DNA of 63,884 nt, filler included, from an uncultured bacterium (GCA_964471275.1; 4 parts of 4 records of this genome joined end to end with filler, not necessarily neighbours in it); one strand, 5' to 3'. Counted from the first letter of the whole stretch, positions 47,301 through 55,865 are shown. The notes: generated by a model from the letters alone, not told the origin. Numbers and translations: made by a program.

Positions 47301-50196
47301 AGACACGCCGGTTCAGATCCAGATTCAGACTGCGATTGAACACGATCTTGCTGCGACTGTGAAAGAGACTCATTTCCTCGAGAATCTTGCTCTCCACGTG
47401 AACGTCGAAGCGGGCAGCCTGCAGGCGTTCGAGCAGAGCGACGCGATGTGGATGCCACTGGCGATGTGTCTGACCGACAAACCCGATCTCATACGATTTG
47501 GCAACATCGAACTTGCCGTGGAATCGAGGATCGCACGCCGCCGGCAACCATCCGATGTTCGCAATCCCCGCAGCCTGGAATTCCGGGATGTGGTGACGCG
47601 TGAACATCAGATACGCGTGGGTAAACTGCCTTGCGTAATCCATCCGCCACTGCATCTGACCGGTGTGTGTATCTCCCACCAGACTCACGCTCGGACAGCC
47701 GAGCTTGTCGAGACCCAGCGGCAGAAATCCGGCCGCATTATCGGCCCACACAAACAAATCCGGGGTCCACCCGCTAGGGAGCTGGCCGAGCACGTTCTGG
47801 ATATCGATCTGCCCTGCCTCGAGCGGAATGTCGCACGGCTCGATCAGACGCAGCATCAGATCCAGCTTCTCGACTTCCCCCGCGTTCTCTCGCTTCAGCG
47901 CATGCTGCTTCTCCGCCTCTCGCCATCCTTCCATCTGACTCGATTCAAGCGACGGCCCGCACGTGATCACGTCGTGCGACGTCCTCAGCGTATCCACAAA
48001 GGATCGTCCCGCCGAGATCGGGTTTGCAACCTGTGCAAACAGGATTTTCAGCCGCTCGCTGTCGTTCGGCAGCCCGGACGCAGTCCGAGATCTCTCGCCA
48101 ATCACCTCAACACGGGATGTCTCGTTGCTCGATGCTGACTCATCGCCCTCACGCCCCTGATCCCCCGCCGATGCGTTTGAGCGAAGAGAGGCACCCTTGC
48201 TCAGCTCTTTCGGCTTCGAGCAAACGGCAATGTGTATCTCCTTGTCAGCGTTCGGATCATCCGTGATGTTGAAGTAATCGTAAAACCCGCGATTTCCCAA
48301 CGCTCGCTCCTGACTCACGCATACAACATCCTCGAAGAACTCGGACAGCAGATCCGTAAAGGCCAACTCCGTCAGCATTCCTACATGGTATGGGTTATCG
48401 TTTTCAGGAAGACCGTAGATATCGAGATTCGGCGTGCTGACGACAAAGTGGCCATCGGCCCGCAGCACGCGGTGCACCTCACGAACGAAATCGTGGTGCT
48501 CGGTAATGTGCTCGATCGCCTCGAAGCAGATAACCGTGTCGGCACTGCCCGAATCGACCGGCAGTGCACGCATATCCGCGTTTGCGCGTCGGATACTTTC
48601 GGAGTTGAAGGTCAGGCGCCCATAACGAAGGGGATCCGCCTCCAGGTCCAGCGCGAGGACTCGACCGGCTCGCCGTGACAGGATCTTTGACCCGTACCCG
48701 GTCCCAGAGGCAACATCGATGACATCCTTGCCATCGCAGAACTGAGATGCGAACCCGTAACGTTTCGCGTGATGCAGGTAGACATCGGCACGTACGTCGC
48801 CGGGCGTGATGCGATCATTCCCGACACGCGAGACCAGCGAGTCTGTTTCGCCCAAGTTGATATGCAACTGCGGGATCTGAGCGTGCTCCGGCTTCAATGC
48901 TTCCTGGACACAGACGACCAGAATCTGCTCGATCTGCTGTTTGATATCCTCACGCAGCGTCGTCAGGTAGGGTGGAAACTCTGCGTTCAGCTTGTCACCG
49001 TTGACCTGTGCCTGAAAACCCGCCCAGACGGCCTGCTCACCCGTCTCCGAGTTGACGAGGACAAAGTCAATCATCAGCGCGCCCCCGTAGCGGTCGATCT
49101 TGGCTTTCGCCACCACAGCCTTGTCCGGATCGGCCACGAATCGCTGCACATCGCGCTCGTCATAGGCATACATTTCGGCGGGCGATACCTGGAGCCTGAA
49201 GGTAGTTTCCGATTCTGGCCCCCTACCCGTCCCCAGACACAGACCAAAAGCTTTTATCCAGCTGCCCACGAAGGCCTGGACAGAAAATTGGTCCTCAACC
49301 GTCTTCCTCGCTTCCAGACCAAGCCCACGGGCCTGGTCGGCATCACCCAGCAGCTCGATGATGCGCTCGTGCATCTGATCGGGTGTCTCGCACACATAGC
49401 CGTTCACACCGTCGATGATGGGTGATGTCGCGTTCGCCATCGTTACGACCGGCATTCCCGTCGCCATCGCCTCGAGCATCCCGAGATTGTACCCATCTTC
49501 GTAGGCTTCAACGGTCGCGTTGGCATACAGTCGGTGCGACCGGTAGAAGCGCTTGAGGTCGGCCCAGTTCTGTGCCTTACGTGCGCCAGGCAGACTCGGG
49601 TTCTCACCGACATACTGGTGCTGAACATTCCCGAACGCCTCGGAGAGCGATGTGTAGCCGAGCATGAAATCCCGCTCGACAAACAAGTTGCCGACTGCCA
49701 GCGCCGAGGCAGTCTCGCCAGTGTATCCTCCGTAATCGGCAACACGGATCCCGGGCCGGATCACGACTCCATCGAGGCCCCAACTTTTCAGCTTCATATC
49801 AGAGATCGCCGCAAAGAGCCGGTTAGGGCGACTCACAAACTCCGCCACCATTCCCCGAATCTGGGTCATTGCGACCTGGTTATTCATCCCGTCATTGTGG
49901 AGCGCGTTGTGTGTCAGGAAGATCGCGGGGACATCGTAATCACTCAGGAACTTGATATCCTGCAGAGTATGCGCGAGAGCCAGATCGTACTCGCCCAACT
50001 TCAGACACCGGGCCGCTTCTGAAGGATCTTTAATCAGCTGGAGGTTATCTGGCAGTGGGCGCTTCTCGTAGTCCCAGCCTTGAGTGCCGTCGGCACGCCG
50101 CATCCAGTCGCAGACGTGGATGTCCTGTTCCGTCTGCCCGAACAGGTAGATATAGGGGTCGTGCCAGTTGAAGGTCAGGATTTTGAGGGATTGCAT
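41335..50196 (-). CDS. Giant multidomain glycosyltransferase/methyltransferase/TPR protein (~2953 aa)
   Basis: Single uninterrupted frame; GT-B, MTase, CgeB-type GT, three more MTases, GT2, GT4, degenerate GT2 and TPR motifs; ATG 50196 after GGAG. Confidence 0.9.
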   Translation of the reverse strand: MQSLKILTFNWHDPYIYLFGQTEQDIHVCDWMRRADGTQGWDYEKRPLPDNLQLIKDPSEAARCLKLGEYDLALAHTLQDIKFLSDYDVPAIFLTHNALHNDGMNNQVAMTQIRGMVAEFVSRPNRLFAAISDMKLKSWGLDGVVIRPGIRVADYGGYTGETASALAVGNLFVERDFMLGYTSLSEAFGNVQHQYVGENPSLPGARKAQNWADLKRFYRSHRLYANATVEAYEDGYNLGMLEAMATGMPVVTMANATSPIIDGVNGYVCETPDQMHERIIELLGDADQARGLGLEARKTVEDQFSVQAFVGSWIKAFGLCLGTGRGPESETTFRLQVSPAEMYAYDERDVQRFVADPDKAVVAKAKIDRYGGALMIDFVLVNSETGEQAVWAGFQAQVNGDKLNAEFPPYLTTLREDIKQQIEQILVVCVQEALKPEHAQIPQLHINLGETDSLVSRVGNDRITPGDVRADVYLHHAKRYGFASQFCDGKDVIDVASGTGYGSKILSRRAGRVLALDLEADPLRYGRLTFNSESIRRANADMRALPVDSGSADTVICFEAIEHITEHHDFVREVHRVLRADGHFVVSTPNLDIYGLPENDNPYHVGMLTELAFTDLLSEFFEDVVCVSQERALGNRGFYDYFNITDDPNADKEIHIAVCSKPKELSKGASLRSNASAGDQGREGDESASSNETSRVEVIGERSRTASGLPNDSERLKILFAQVANPISAGRSFVDTLRTSHDVITCGPSLESSQMEGWREAEKQHALKRENAGEVEKLDLMLRLIEPCDIPLEAGQIDIQNVLGQLPSGWTPDLFVWADNAAGFLPLGLDKLGCPSVSLVGDTHTGQMQWRMDYARQFTHAYLMFTRHHIPEFQAAGIANIGWLPAACDPRFHGKFDVAKSYEIGFVGQTHRQWHPHRVALLERLQAARFDVHVESKILEEMSLFHSRSKIVFNRSLNLDLNRRVFEVLCTGSLLLTDRLPAESGMEMLFKDREHLAIYEDENLEDLAAYYLNNEVEREEIAARGRAVALAEHTYASRANQMLREVIGDSVATCTDPGSGDVASAADAVLPDPAIVSASDDPVDELARYTGEGPGAIRAQMDVSGKALADEWRERDRTSEVDVDAFYKQTDRYLYNLTRFNSSEMYQGWRGAIRNLCQQVSEDVGARGFDVLDYGAGIGTNLIEVASVPGIRLHYADLPGKTFEYAKWRFGEHGLNVGMLSAEGDDPLKGKVFDLILCTDVLEHVVDPEAVVRRLIDHLNPGGLLVLTVTFYQSEHGPYHLNCDKFTNESFYQLVEGLGMKELSSFSPRVYQKIGVSSEPLRAESVVQPVGSEDPVFSTQAEIEAFLDQWEGPVRMNLGCGPDNRVGYINVDAYVDNADLKMDIFRLPLPDGSVDEIFSSHLLEHLSKFEVPKALQEWCRVLKPTGRLQMNLPDLEWAAQQWIDLPEDARWGWPLDTLFGLQTHPGEFHKTGFTADRIEKILRQIGFGSVHVSWSWSHGLRCIWVDATKQQTSIPVSVDLDRFKPQFVTDLSDMVPYTKSDSDAFFATEDWRVGFVSFERLPMDGNIYTINVALKKDSSQMVLQCLRLFNADQSPVLWFPSYLQETDEAVQAQIGEKVSAAFGAMVDDPAFKDGQFVFARFGEDGNIGLDLDGERVIPGLTDLSLYIPHIKRYLFARTFCEGKRVLDAGCGTGYGSKLLSLVADSVHGVDIAEDALAFCQKTYSSENITWERGDVRTLDLEPRYDVVTSFEVIEHLRREEIPSYLAGIQTVLGDGGVALISTPNRLVAQQWDNPHHHTEMTREEFERTLSEYFNVEAILGQVTWSQNREVSGQSYLSRRVTDDDDMFIAVCRPLPVLTSPRAEERADKRAGEALDTVARGAQVDVVIPLYNKAEYTKACLESLEATKGDVAFRVILVDNGSTDGTGELLDVWADRAVVVRPGENLGFSRGNNLGATHGNSPYLLFLNNDTVAEEGWLDQLYEVITDPDVGIVGPKLLYPNRTIQHAGLEIVGGVPDHVFRNAPEDDAQASVSRDLDMVTGACLMIRRDLFETVGGFDEGYVNGVEDVDLCLRVRDRGFRVRYVPESVLEHHEGTSEGRYNHVQQNLQRFGERFQGRFDAQARFVPVVDGLVEDPGERKMLRGVWEGTQFVRHSLSIVNMAITGELLRNDRVELRLIPFETPTFGPEEDPETYNSIAKALQHRLGGVPDFHVRHKWPPDFASPPAGHWIMVQPWEFGRIPKAWVEPIQSRVDEVWVPSFYAKQCYVDSGIDPDRIQVVPNGVDCERFNAGADPVKLETDKTFKFLFVGGTIYRKGIDVLLGAYRRAFTADDDVCLVVKGTGDDTVYKGQSAGDLIREIQSDVRAPEVLYLTEELSDSAIAGLYTACDCLVHPYRGEGFGMPVAEAMACDLPVIVTRGGATDDFCVEETAYFVEADRRNIAFNEETAGQTWLFEPQTDSLIQQMNHVLGHPEEASEKGRLGGEHVRDNLTWNQASDRAVERLEAVCASPIRRTITLPTMPVTAAAGSVPMTIDCLLLASASDDRKLAGHNLNRYTGVELNKRIVDSRISDLGPGASLNSLFGELRSDVVLLMREDTIVTEGWFNSLLAAFDDDSVGIVVPSTNGGRGDQGVGARYNSKKRELQKFARKVRNRYAGQTCDVDTVSSACVLIRRDLLVELGGFEATFQTNAFIDDLVRRAGQKEYRTVCVRDTFVHCEGDHLIEEARERKAVDQLAKGDRHRLAQEHDQALERYREALDLKDDYVEAALVCSAALLEMDRPQEAAEPFMRLIEKYPDSARIQNYLGRCLFKAGSTDEAKARFEQALVLMPAFAEAQGNLAVLLWEQGRLDEAVEHMSAAAELAPNDPDTLFNIGMIYAQLGQGLEAIDALSGYVSLSPEDNDTRVHLAALLIDNGRESDGLAELEHVLAEVPDHENATRVLRQLETLVAANEGPQGV

Positions 50197-50388
50197 GCCT
50201 ACTCCAGAGAAGGACTGTCCGTGTAACCAAGCCACGAAACAGGCGCATAACGCTTAAAAATTAACGAGTTGTGATCTCTGGGTGCCGTGCGGCTATCGAA
50301 GTGGACGCCGATCGGGTGAATCGTCCAGACCGGGGTCGGACGATTCAAGGCAAAGGATGGCACGAGACGTTTGACGCCTCTCCTTTAT

Positions 50389-50415
50389 CTATCGGCGGTT
50401 TCCGAAAAACCTGAA
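50389..50415 (-). promoter_or_regulatory. Putative sigma-28 (FliA) promoter
   Basis: TTCA-N15-GCCGATAG on minus strand, just downstream of csrA. Confidence 0.65.
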
Positions 50416-50489
50416 GGGTATTGAGTCGAACGGGTAAAGAAGGAAGGGCAGAGAATCGCCCTGGAAGGCGGACCGGTAACAGCGAACGG

Positions 50490-50735
50490 TTAGGATCCGT
50501 TCGGCTTGTTGGTCTTCACCACCTGAGTCAGCTTCGACAAGTCTGCGTGCGCGGTTTCGGCAGCAGCCTTGTTTTCGGCTTCGATCCGTTCGTAGACTTC
50601 ACCCCGGTGTACGGACACTTCGGTCGGGGCCTCGATACCCAGGCGTATTTGTTTCCCCTGCATATCGAGCACAGTGACTCGGACATGATTTCCGATGACG
50701 ATACTCTCGCCTAACTTCCGTGTTAATACGAGCAC
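50490..50735 (-). CDS. csrA: Carbon storage regulator CsrA
   Basis: MLVLTRKLGESIVIG..IRLGIEAP..VHRGE. Confidence 0.97.
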   Translation of the reverse strand: MLVLTRKLGESIVIGNHVRVTVLDMQGKQIRLGIEAPTEVSVHRGEVYERIEAENKAAAETAHADLSKLTQVVKTNKPNGS

Positions 50736-50794
50736 TGTGTGACTCCCCCAACGCCTGTCCTGAGTAGTCTGCGAAGCAGGCCTACCGAAGGACC

Positions 50795-51244
50795 TTACAC
50801 CTTTTGCGCGTCCAGGATCTTGTGTTTGGTGGTATACCGATCGTCAAGCAAGGCTAGTTGACGAGCTCTGCGGTTGGCCGTGTTGATCAGAATCGGACCG
50901 CTCAGATTCGCCGTCACCTGCGACGGGTCGTCAGAAAGCGTCACGATCGTGTAAATCAGGGTCTCTTCAGGTTTGGATATCTCCAGACTTTTAAGGTCAT
51001 CCTTTGAAATCTTGGGATCGTATTCCGGCCAGATGTAGAGTGGGTTAATGACGACAAAACCTAGTTCCTCACTCTCGATCGACAGGAACCACTGGAAAGG
51101 CTCACTTGCCGGGTCCTCGAACAATGCGTAATCCCTGAATCGCTCAAAACCGGGTACTCCATTAGGGAACTGGACGATCTTCTCCTGCGTCGTCTCCTGT
51201 TCACCGAATCGGACGTGTGTGAACCTGACCACTTCGTCAGCCAT
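50795..51244 (-). CDS. fliW: Flagellar assembly factor FliW
   Basis: FPNGVPGFE, FQWFLS, FVVINP, TANLSGPILIN; adjacent to csrA. Confidence 0.95.
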   Translation of the reverse strand: MADEVVRFTHVRFGEQETTQEKIVQFPNGVPGFERFRDYALFEDPASEPFQWFLSIESEELGFVVINPLYIWPEYDPKISKDDLKSLEISKPEETLIYTIVTLSDDPSQVTANLSGPILINTANRRARQLALLDDRYTTKHKILDAQKV

Positions 51245-51255
51245 TGAGGCGGATC

Positions 51256-51355
51256 NNNNNNNNNNNNNNNNNNNNNNNNNNNNNNNNNNNNNNNNNNNNT
51301 TAATTAATTAANNNNNNNNNNNNNNNNNNNNNNNNNNNNNNNNNNNNNNNNNNNN
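51256..51355. other. Artificial contig-joining spacer
   Basis: N44-TTAATTAATTAA-N44. Confidence 0.97.
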
Positions 51356-51356
51356 C

Positions 51357-51896
51357 GACGCATTCCCGCTCTACCACGGATACGCATTCCACAACCACAA
51401 GGTCGGCATTCTCTCGGACCGACTCGAACACGTAACGGATCTGTTTACACGTGCAGGATACACGCCGCACGACGCACACCTCACGCTCGAACGTCCCCTG
51501 GAAGCTGAGTCACGCCCGGAGCCTCATCCTGACGTCGTTATCGAAATTGAGAGGACACGAGGCGCAGGCATACGGCCGGACATTCGCACCAATGCTCTCC
51601 TCGACGGTCGTGCGATCGGGGGCTGCCGGTCTACATCGAGCCGCAGGTATGCAGAGAGCCCTGAGCTCGAGGGATGCGCATACACGCGCTGGCTCGGTGT
51701 TGACAGGGAGCACCGAACTCGCGGGATCGGGAGACACCTGCTGCAGCGTGCAATCTATGAAATGGCTGAGGATGGCTACAGCCAGGCAGTGCTGAACTGT
51801 CGACATGTGAATCTGCCAGCGGTATCGCTCTACCAAAGCCTGGGATACAGTACCGGTGACGTCTCTTCCGCATATGTCAAGGATCTGGGGGCATAG
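51357..51896 (+). CDS. GNAT acetyltransferase, 5'-truncated at contig start
   Basis: Open frame absent from the ORF track: WLGVDREHRTRGIGRHLL..NLPAVSLYQSLGY, TAG at 51894-51896. Confidence 0.85.
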   Translation, partial: DAFPLYHGYAFHNHKVGILSDRLEHVTDLFTRAGYTPHDAHLTLERPLEAESRPEPHPDVVIEIERTRGAGIRPDIRTNALLDGRAIGGCRSTSSRRYAESPELEGCAYTRWLGVDREHRTRGIGRHLLQRAIYEMAEDGYSQAVLNCRHVNLPAVSLYQSLGYSTGDVSSAYVKDLGA

Positions 51897-51976
51897 GCGG
51901 TTACTGGGATACCGGTGACCCTGACTGCGTCGTTCACAAAATCGACACTTGATCACATTCACAAGGAAACCCAGAA

Positions 51977-52402
51977 ATGCCAACGCTTCGTGCAGTCGGA
52001 AACGGCTTCAGCCTTGATGAGAGACCTTTTGATATGTGGGGACTGCGCGCAGCCAGTGGGACGATGCATCAGGCGCAGACAGATCACCTGATCGATCATC
52101 TCGGCGAATACAGGTCACAGGGAGTGAATTCGGTCACCGTCTACTACCAAGGCTGCTCGAGAGGATACTACGACCCCTTCTCCCCGGACGGTCGGACTCT
52201 CGATCCCGGCCACGCCGACCGGATGAAACTGATCGCCGCTGCCTGTGCCGCCCGTGGAATGATCCTCATCGCCGGGATCTTCTACCAGAACGCGCCGCTC
52301 GGGTTGGCAGACCGATACGACCTCTGCGGCAAAGGGACAGCGGATGACCCGGGCATCCGGTGGTACTTCGAACACGTGGCAAACGTGCGGAGCCCCCAAT
52401 GA
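51977..52402 (+). pseudogene. Short glycoside-hydrolase-like (TIM-barrel start) ORF, probably internally deleted
   Basis: YRSQGVNSVTV..AARGMILIAGIFYQ resembles the first barrel units, then jumps to a short tail; only 141 aa. Confidence 0.5.
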
Positions 52403-54354
52403 CAATCACGGCGACGATCCCCCTGAACGAGATACCGGAGTGGGCGGCGCTCGAGCGCACACTCATAGCGGAAATGGAGAAAGCGGTCTATCCATTCCTG
52501 GAGAAATACACACACGACGATGGTCGACTGATCTGGAAGGAAGGGCTTCACAACAGCCGTGACGGCGCCGACGACTTCTACGAGAGTTTCTACAACTGGC
52601 CGCTGCTCTACCTGATCGGGGGCGGCGACCATCTGCTGGATCTGGGCAAGCGACAATGGAATGCCACAACGCGTCTGATGGAAGAGATCGGGCACGTGCA
52701 TCGAGAATACGAGATCGGTTACGACCAATTCCACCAGAGCGAGAGCTATATCTACTTCTACCTGCTCTGTATGGCCGACCCGGACGACGCCACGAACCTC
52801 GACCGAGCCCGGCGATTCGCGGGCTTCTACCTGGGTGACGACCCCGATGCCCGGAACTACGATGCTGAGAGGAGAATCATCCGGTGCGCTCACAACGGGA
52901 GCAAGGGGCCCAGATGGCTGTATCAGGACGACCAGCGTCCCACCTACCGGTATGCCCCCGGTATGGCCGTCTACGGCATCCCGTTCGAAGATATTGAAGG
53001 CGTCTCGTCGATTGAGGACCTGAAAGACCCCGAACTGGCCGCCCGGATGGGGCAGGCGATGAAAGAGCGGATGAGCCGTGGGGATGTGGCGACAAACCTG
53101 CACGTCTGTTCGCTGATCACCAATGCCTACCTGATGTCAGGAGATCGCAGGTATTGCGATTGGCTGCTGGCGTACGTCGATGCCTGGATCGAGCGGGCGG
53201 AAGCGAACGATGGCCTGCTACCCGACAACGTGGGTCTGGACGGAACGGTTGGTCAGTATCTGGACGGCAAGTGGTATGGCAGTCAGTATGGATGGACCTG
53301 GCCCCACGGATTCTACAACATCGTGATGGCCGCGATCTTGTCCGGCGTCCAGTGCTATCTCTTGACCAGAGATGACAAGTATCTCGAACTGCCGCGTGCA
53401 CAGATCCGGAAAGTGATGTCGCTCGGGAAGATGGACGACCTGGAGGCCCTCGCCTCACAAATGAGCCTCCGACAACACTGGATCGGCCAGTTCGAAGCGC
53501 TCGACGATCCTGTCACCTGGGTCGTCCCTTACAGATACGCCGACTCAGGCTGGTTCGACTACCAGCCGATGGCGCCGATGTATCCAGCCGCACTCTGGAA
53601 CGTCAGTGCGGATGACGAAGATTGGGAAACGATCCAGGATATACAAGAGAAGGAAAGTTACGACTGGCGGAAAGTAACATCGTTTCACGCGAAGGATGAC
53701 GCGGGGCACGAACAGCCCTGGATCGCGTTCCTGCAGGGAGAAAACCCGGACTACCCAGTCAAGATCCTGCAGGCGAGCCTGGCCCAGGTATACCGTCGGT
53801 GCGAGCAGATTCGCCAGGATGAGACCGATCCCCGTGACAACCACATTCACTGGTGGCAGCAGCTCAATCCCGTCACGACCGAGGCCCTGATTCAGCTGAC
53901 AATGGGTGCCCCGCAGATGCTCTACAACGGCGGTCTGCTGATGGCGCCACTCAGATACTTCGACACAGACCGACACCGGCCCGGATTGCCACCCGACATC
54001 TCTGCGCTTGTCGAGCACGTCACGAGGGAGCGTGTTGAGGTCATCCTGGTCAACACGAGTACGCAGGATCAGCGGTCACTGACGCTCCAGTCCGGAACCC
54101 TGGGCGAGCATATCTTCACCGACGTCAGCTACGCGCGCCTGGCGAGTGAGTACCCACACACCGTCGGCAGCCATGCCGCACCGCACCTGGAAACGGAGAC
54201 CGAATCCACAACCATTGACGCCACTCACTTTGAGGTTACTCTCCCGCCAGGCAAAGAACTCCGCCTTTCGATCGGCCTGAAACGCTGCGCAAACCAGCCC
54301 TCCTACCGTTTCCCATGGGATGAATCGATGAGTAAACCGGGAAAGAGTTGCTAG
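52399..54354 (+). CDS. Hypothetical protein, possible (alpha/alpha)6 carbohydrate-active enzyme
   Basis: ~650 aa, W/Y/D-rich motifs (DGADDFYES, YDQFHQSE, GWTWPHG); ATGA overlap with the upstream ORF. Confidence 0.75.
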   Translation: MTITATIPLNEIPEWAALERTLIAEMEKAVYPFLEKYTHDDGRLIWKEGLHNSRDGADDFYESFYNWPLLYLIGGGDHLLDLGKRQWNATTRLMEEIGHVHREYEIGYDQFHQSESYIYFYLLCMADPDDATNLDRARRFAGFYLGDDPDARNYDAERRIIRCAHNGSKGPRWLYQDDQRPTYRYAPGMAVYGIPFEDIEGVSSIEDLKDPELAARMGQAMKERMSRGDVATNLHVCSLITNAYLMSGDRRYCDWLLAYVDAWIERAEANDGLLPDNVGLDGTVGQYLDGKWYGSQYGWTWPHGFYNIVMAAILSGVQCYLLTRDDKYLELPRAQIRKVMSLGKMDDLEALASQMSLRQHWIGQFEALDDPVTWVVPYRYADSGWFDYQPMAPMYPAALWNVSADDEDWETIQDIQEKESYDWRKVTSFHAKDDAGHEQPWIAFLQGENPDYPVKILQASLAQVYRRCEQIRQDETDPRDNHIHWWQQLNPVTTEALIQLTMGAPQMLYNGGLLMAPLRYFDTDRHRPGLPPDISALVEHVTRERVEVILVNTSTQDQRSLTLQSGTLGEHIFTDVSYARLASEYPHTVGSHAAPHLETETESTTIDATHFEVTLPPGKELRLSIGLKRCANQPSYRFPWDESMSKPGKSC

Positions 54355-54444
54355 CCTGGGCCTTCGGGGCGATTGCCTGGCACACGGCACGAGCAATGTA
54401 TACAACTACCGCTGCCGCAACCGCCGCCCAACACCGGGTCCTGA

Positions 54445-54503
54445 CTGTCCAGTGTCATAATAGTGTTGACGCACCAAGTCAGTAGGTAGGATTGATTTGG
54501 GAT
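54445..54503 (+). repeat. 59-bp dispersed non-coding element, copy 1
   Basis: 46/59 ungapped identity to 63220-63278 by manual alignment. Confidence 0.8.
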
Positions 54504-54533
54504 ACCTGCGCCTCCTACCGCCCCATCCGCACA

Positions 54534-55865
54534 TCATCTCAACCCCTCCGGCAGCCCCCACTCCCCTTCCCGCAGATCCTCCAGCATTGTCACAGACGCG
54601 TCCGTCATCCGCTGCCCGCTGTCCTCTGCCAGTCTGCACGTGTAGACACTCCGATGTACCTCGTAGCCCTGTTCATCGAACGCTTTTGCGGTCCCAACGT
54701 ATCCGCAATATCCGTTTGTAAGCTCCGCCACAAGCGTCACGTCAAAGGGGGATCGCTCCTTGATCTCGATTCCATATTCGACGAACAACTCAGCCGGATT
54801 CGTCACGATCGCCGTATCCCCGAATGAGATCCCCATAATCTCCACCGGGCACGTAGTCTCACCCCGTTCCTTCACGGCAGTTTCCTCCGGATCGTAACGG
54901 CGACGCTGAGCCTCGAGCACCTCGGGAGTATCTCCGCGGCTCTCATCCCGACAGAAGGTAGACTCCTCGAACGATCGATCGGGATAGTCCTCCACGATCG
55001 TCAGGGCCCTGATCTCCTCAACCGGCGTGGGGGCGGTGGCATCAAGCGCAACAGAAACCCCTTCACAGACAGCATTTCCGATCAATCTCGCAAGATCGTC
55101 GCCACGACAAGGGCCTTCTTCGGGTCCCTGCCAGATCACGTCGGCACAGGGCGCTTCGATAAAGGGCGTAACCAGCTGGGATCCATATCGGTCGCGCAGC
55201 GCATCCCCGATACGTCCACCAATGTCTCCGTGGTGCACCCCCCCGACGCAGTTGTTGTGGCAAGCGTAGTTGGTCACGATCGCCAGTGGATACCCGCCAG
55301 GGCCCATGAACGCAAGAATCGGCACCACGGGGTCGACCGGTCCAGCGGCTGGGAAGGAATCGTCCGCATTGTTCGCACCCGACATCACCACAAGCCCATT
55401 GGGCCGGATCAAGCGTCTGTTCCTCTCAAAACCCGGTGAAGAACAGTTGGCTGCCTTGATAAACGACGCCCGGAGATCACCGCGGGCGGTCGTAACAGCA
55501 TCCACGGCACCACTGACCAGCTGATCGACATAGAGAGGGTCCGGAAGCACGCCAGAGAGAAACGATGGGCAAGGCGCGGGCGCAGCGTGCGTGTGCGTCG
55601 CCGCGACCAGGATATTTGCGGCTGGTATCCCAGTCGAACGTTCACAGGCATCCCGAATCACCAGCGAGAGTGCGCGATCGATAAAGGTCGTATCGATCGA
55701 CAGGATGGCACCCTTGTGTGCCGCGTCCTCGAAGGCAACCGCGTGACATCGCAAGGGGCTGGCCTCTGGATCGTAATCAAGTGCGGCCCCGTTGTAGTTC
55801 TTTAGCGTTTTCCGTGGTGTAATATCGGTCATCGCGGCCCCGGCTCTAAACTTCTCTCCTGGCAT
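54534..55865 (-). CDS. Neutral/alkaline ceramidase-superfamily amidohydrolase
   Basis: ATHTHAAP, NRR, GPVDP, NYACH, PAELFVEYG..ELTNGYCGY. Confidence 0.8.
   Translation of the reverse strand: MPGEKFRAGAAMTDITPRKTLKNYNGAALDYDPEASPLRCHAVAFEDAAHKGAILSIDTTFIDRALSLVIRDACERSTGIPAANILVAATHTHAAPAPCPSFLSGVLPDPLYVDQLVSGAVDAVTTARGDLRASFIKAANCSSPGFERNRRLIRPNGLVVMSGANNADDSFPAAGPVDPVVPILAFMGPGGYPLAIVTNYACHNNCVGGVHHGDIGGRIGDALRDRYGSQLVTPFIEAPCADVIWQGPEEGPCRGDDLARLIGNAVCEGVSVALDATAPTPVEEIRALTIVEDYPDRSFEESTFCRDESRGDTPEVLEAQRRRYDPEETAVKERGETTCPVEIMGISFGDTAIVTNPAELFVEYGIEIKERSPFDVTLVAELTNGYCGYVGTAKAFDEQGYEVHRSVYTCRLAEDSGQRMTDASVTMLEDLREGEWGLPEGLR

Noticed and set aside
50358..50375. TGGCACG as a sigma-54 -24 box on the plus strand
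   Set aside because: No GC at the -12 position and it points away from the operon
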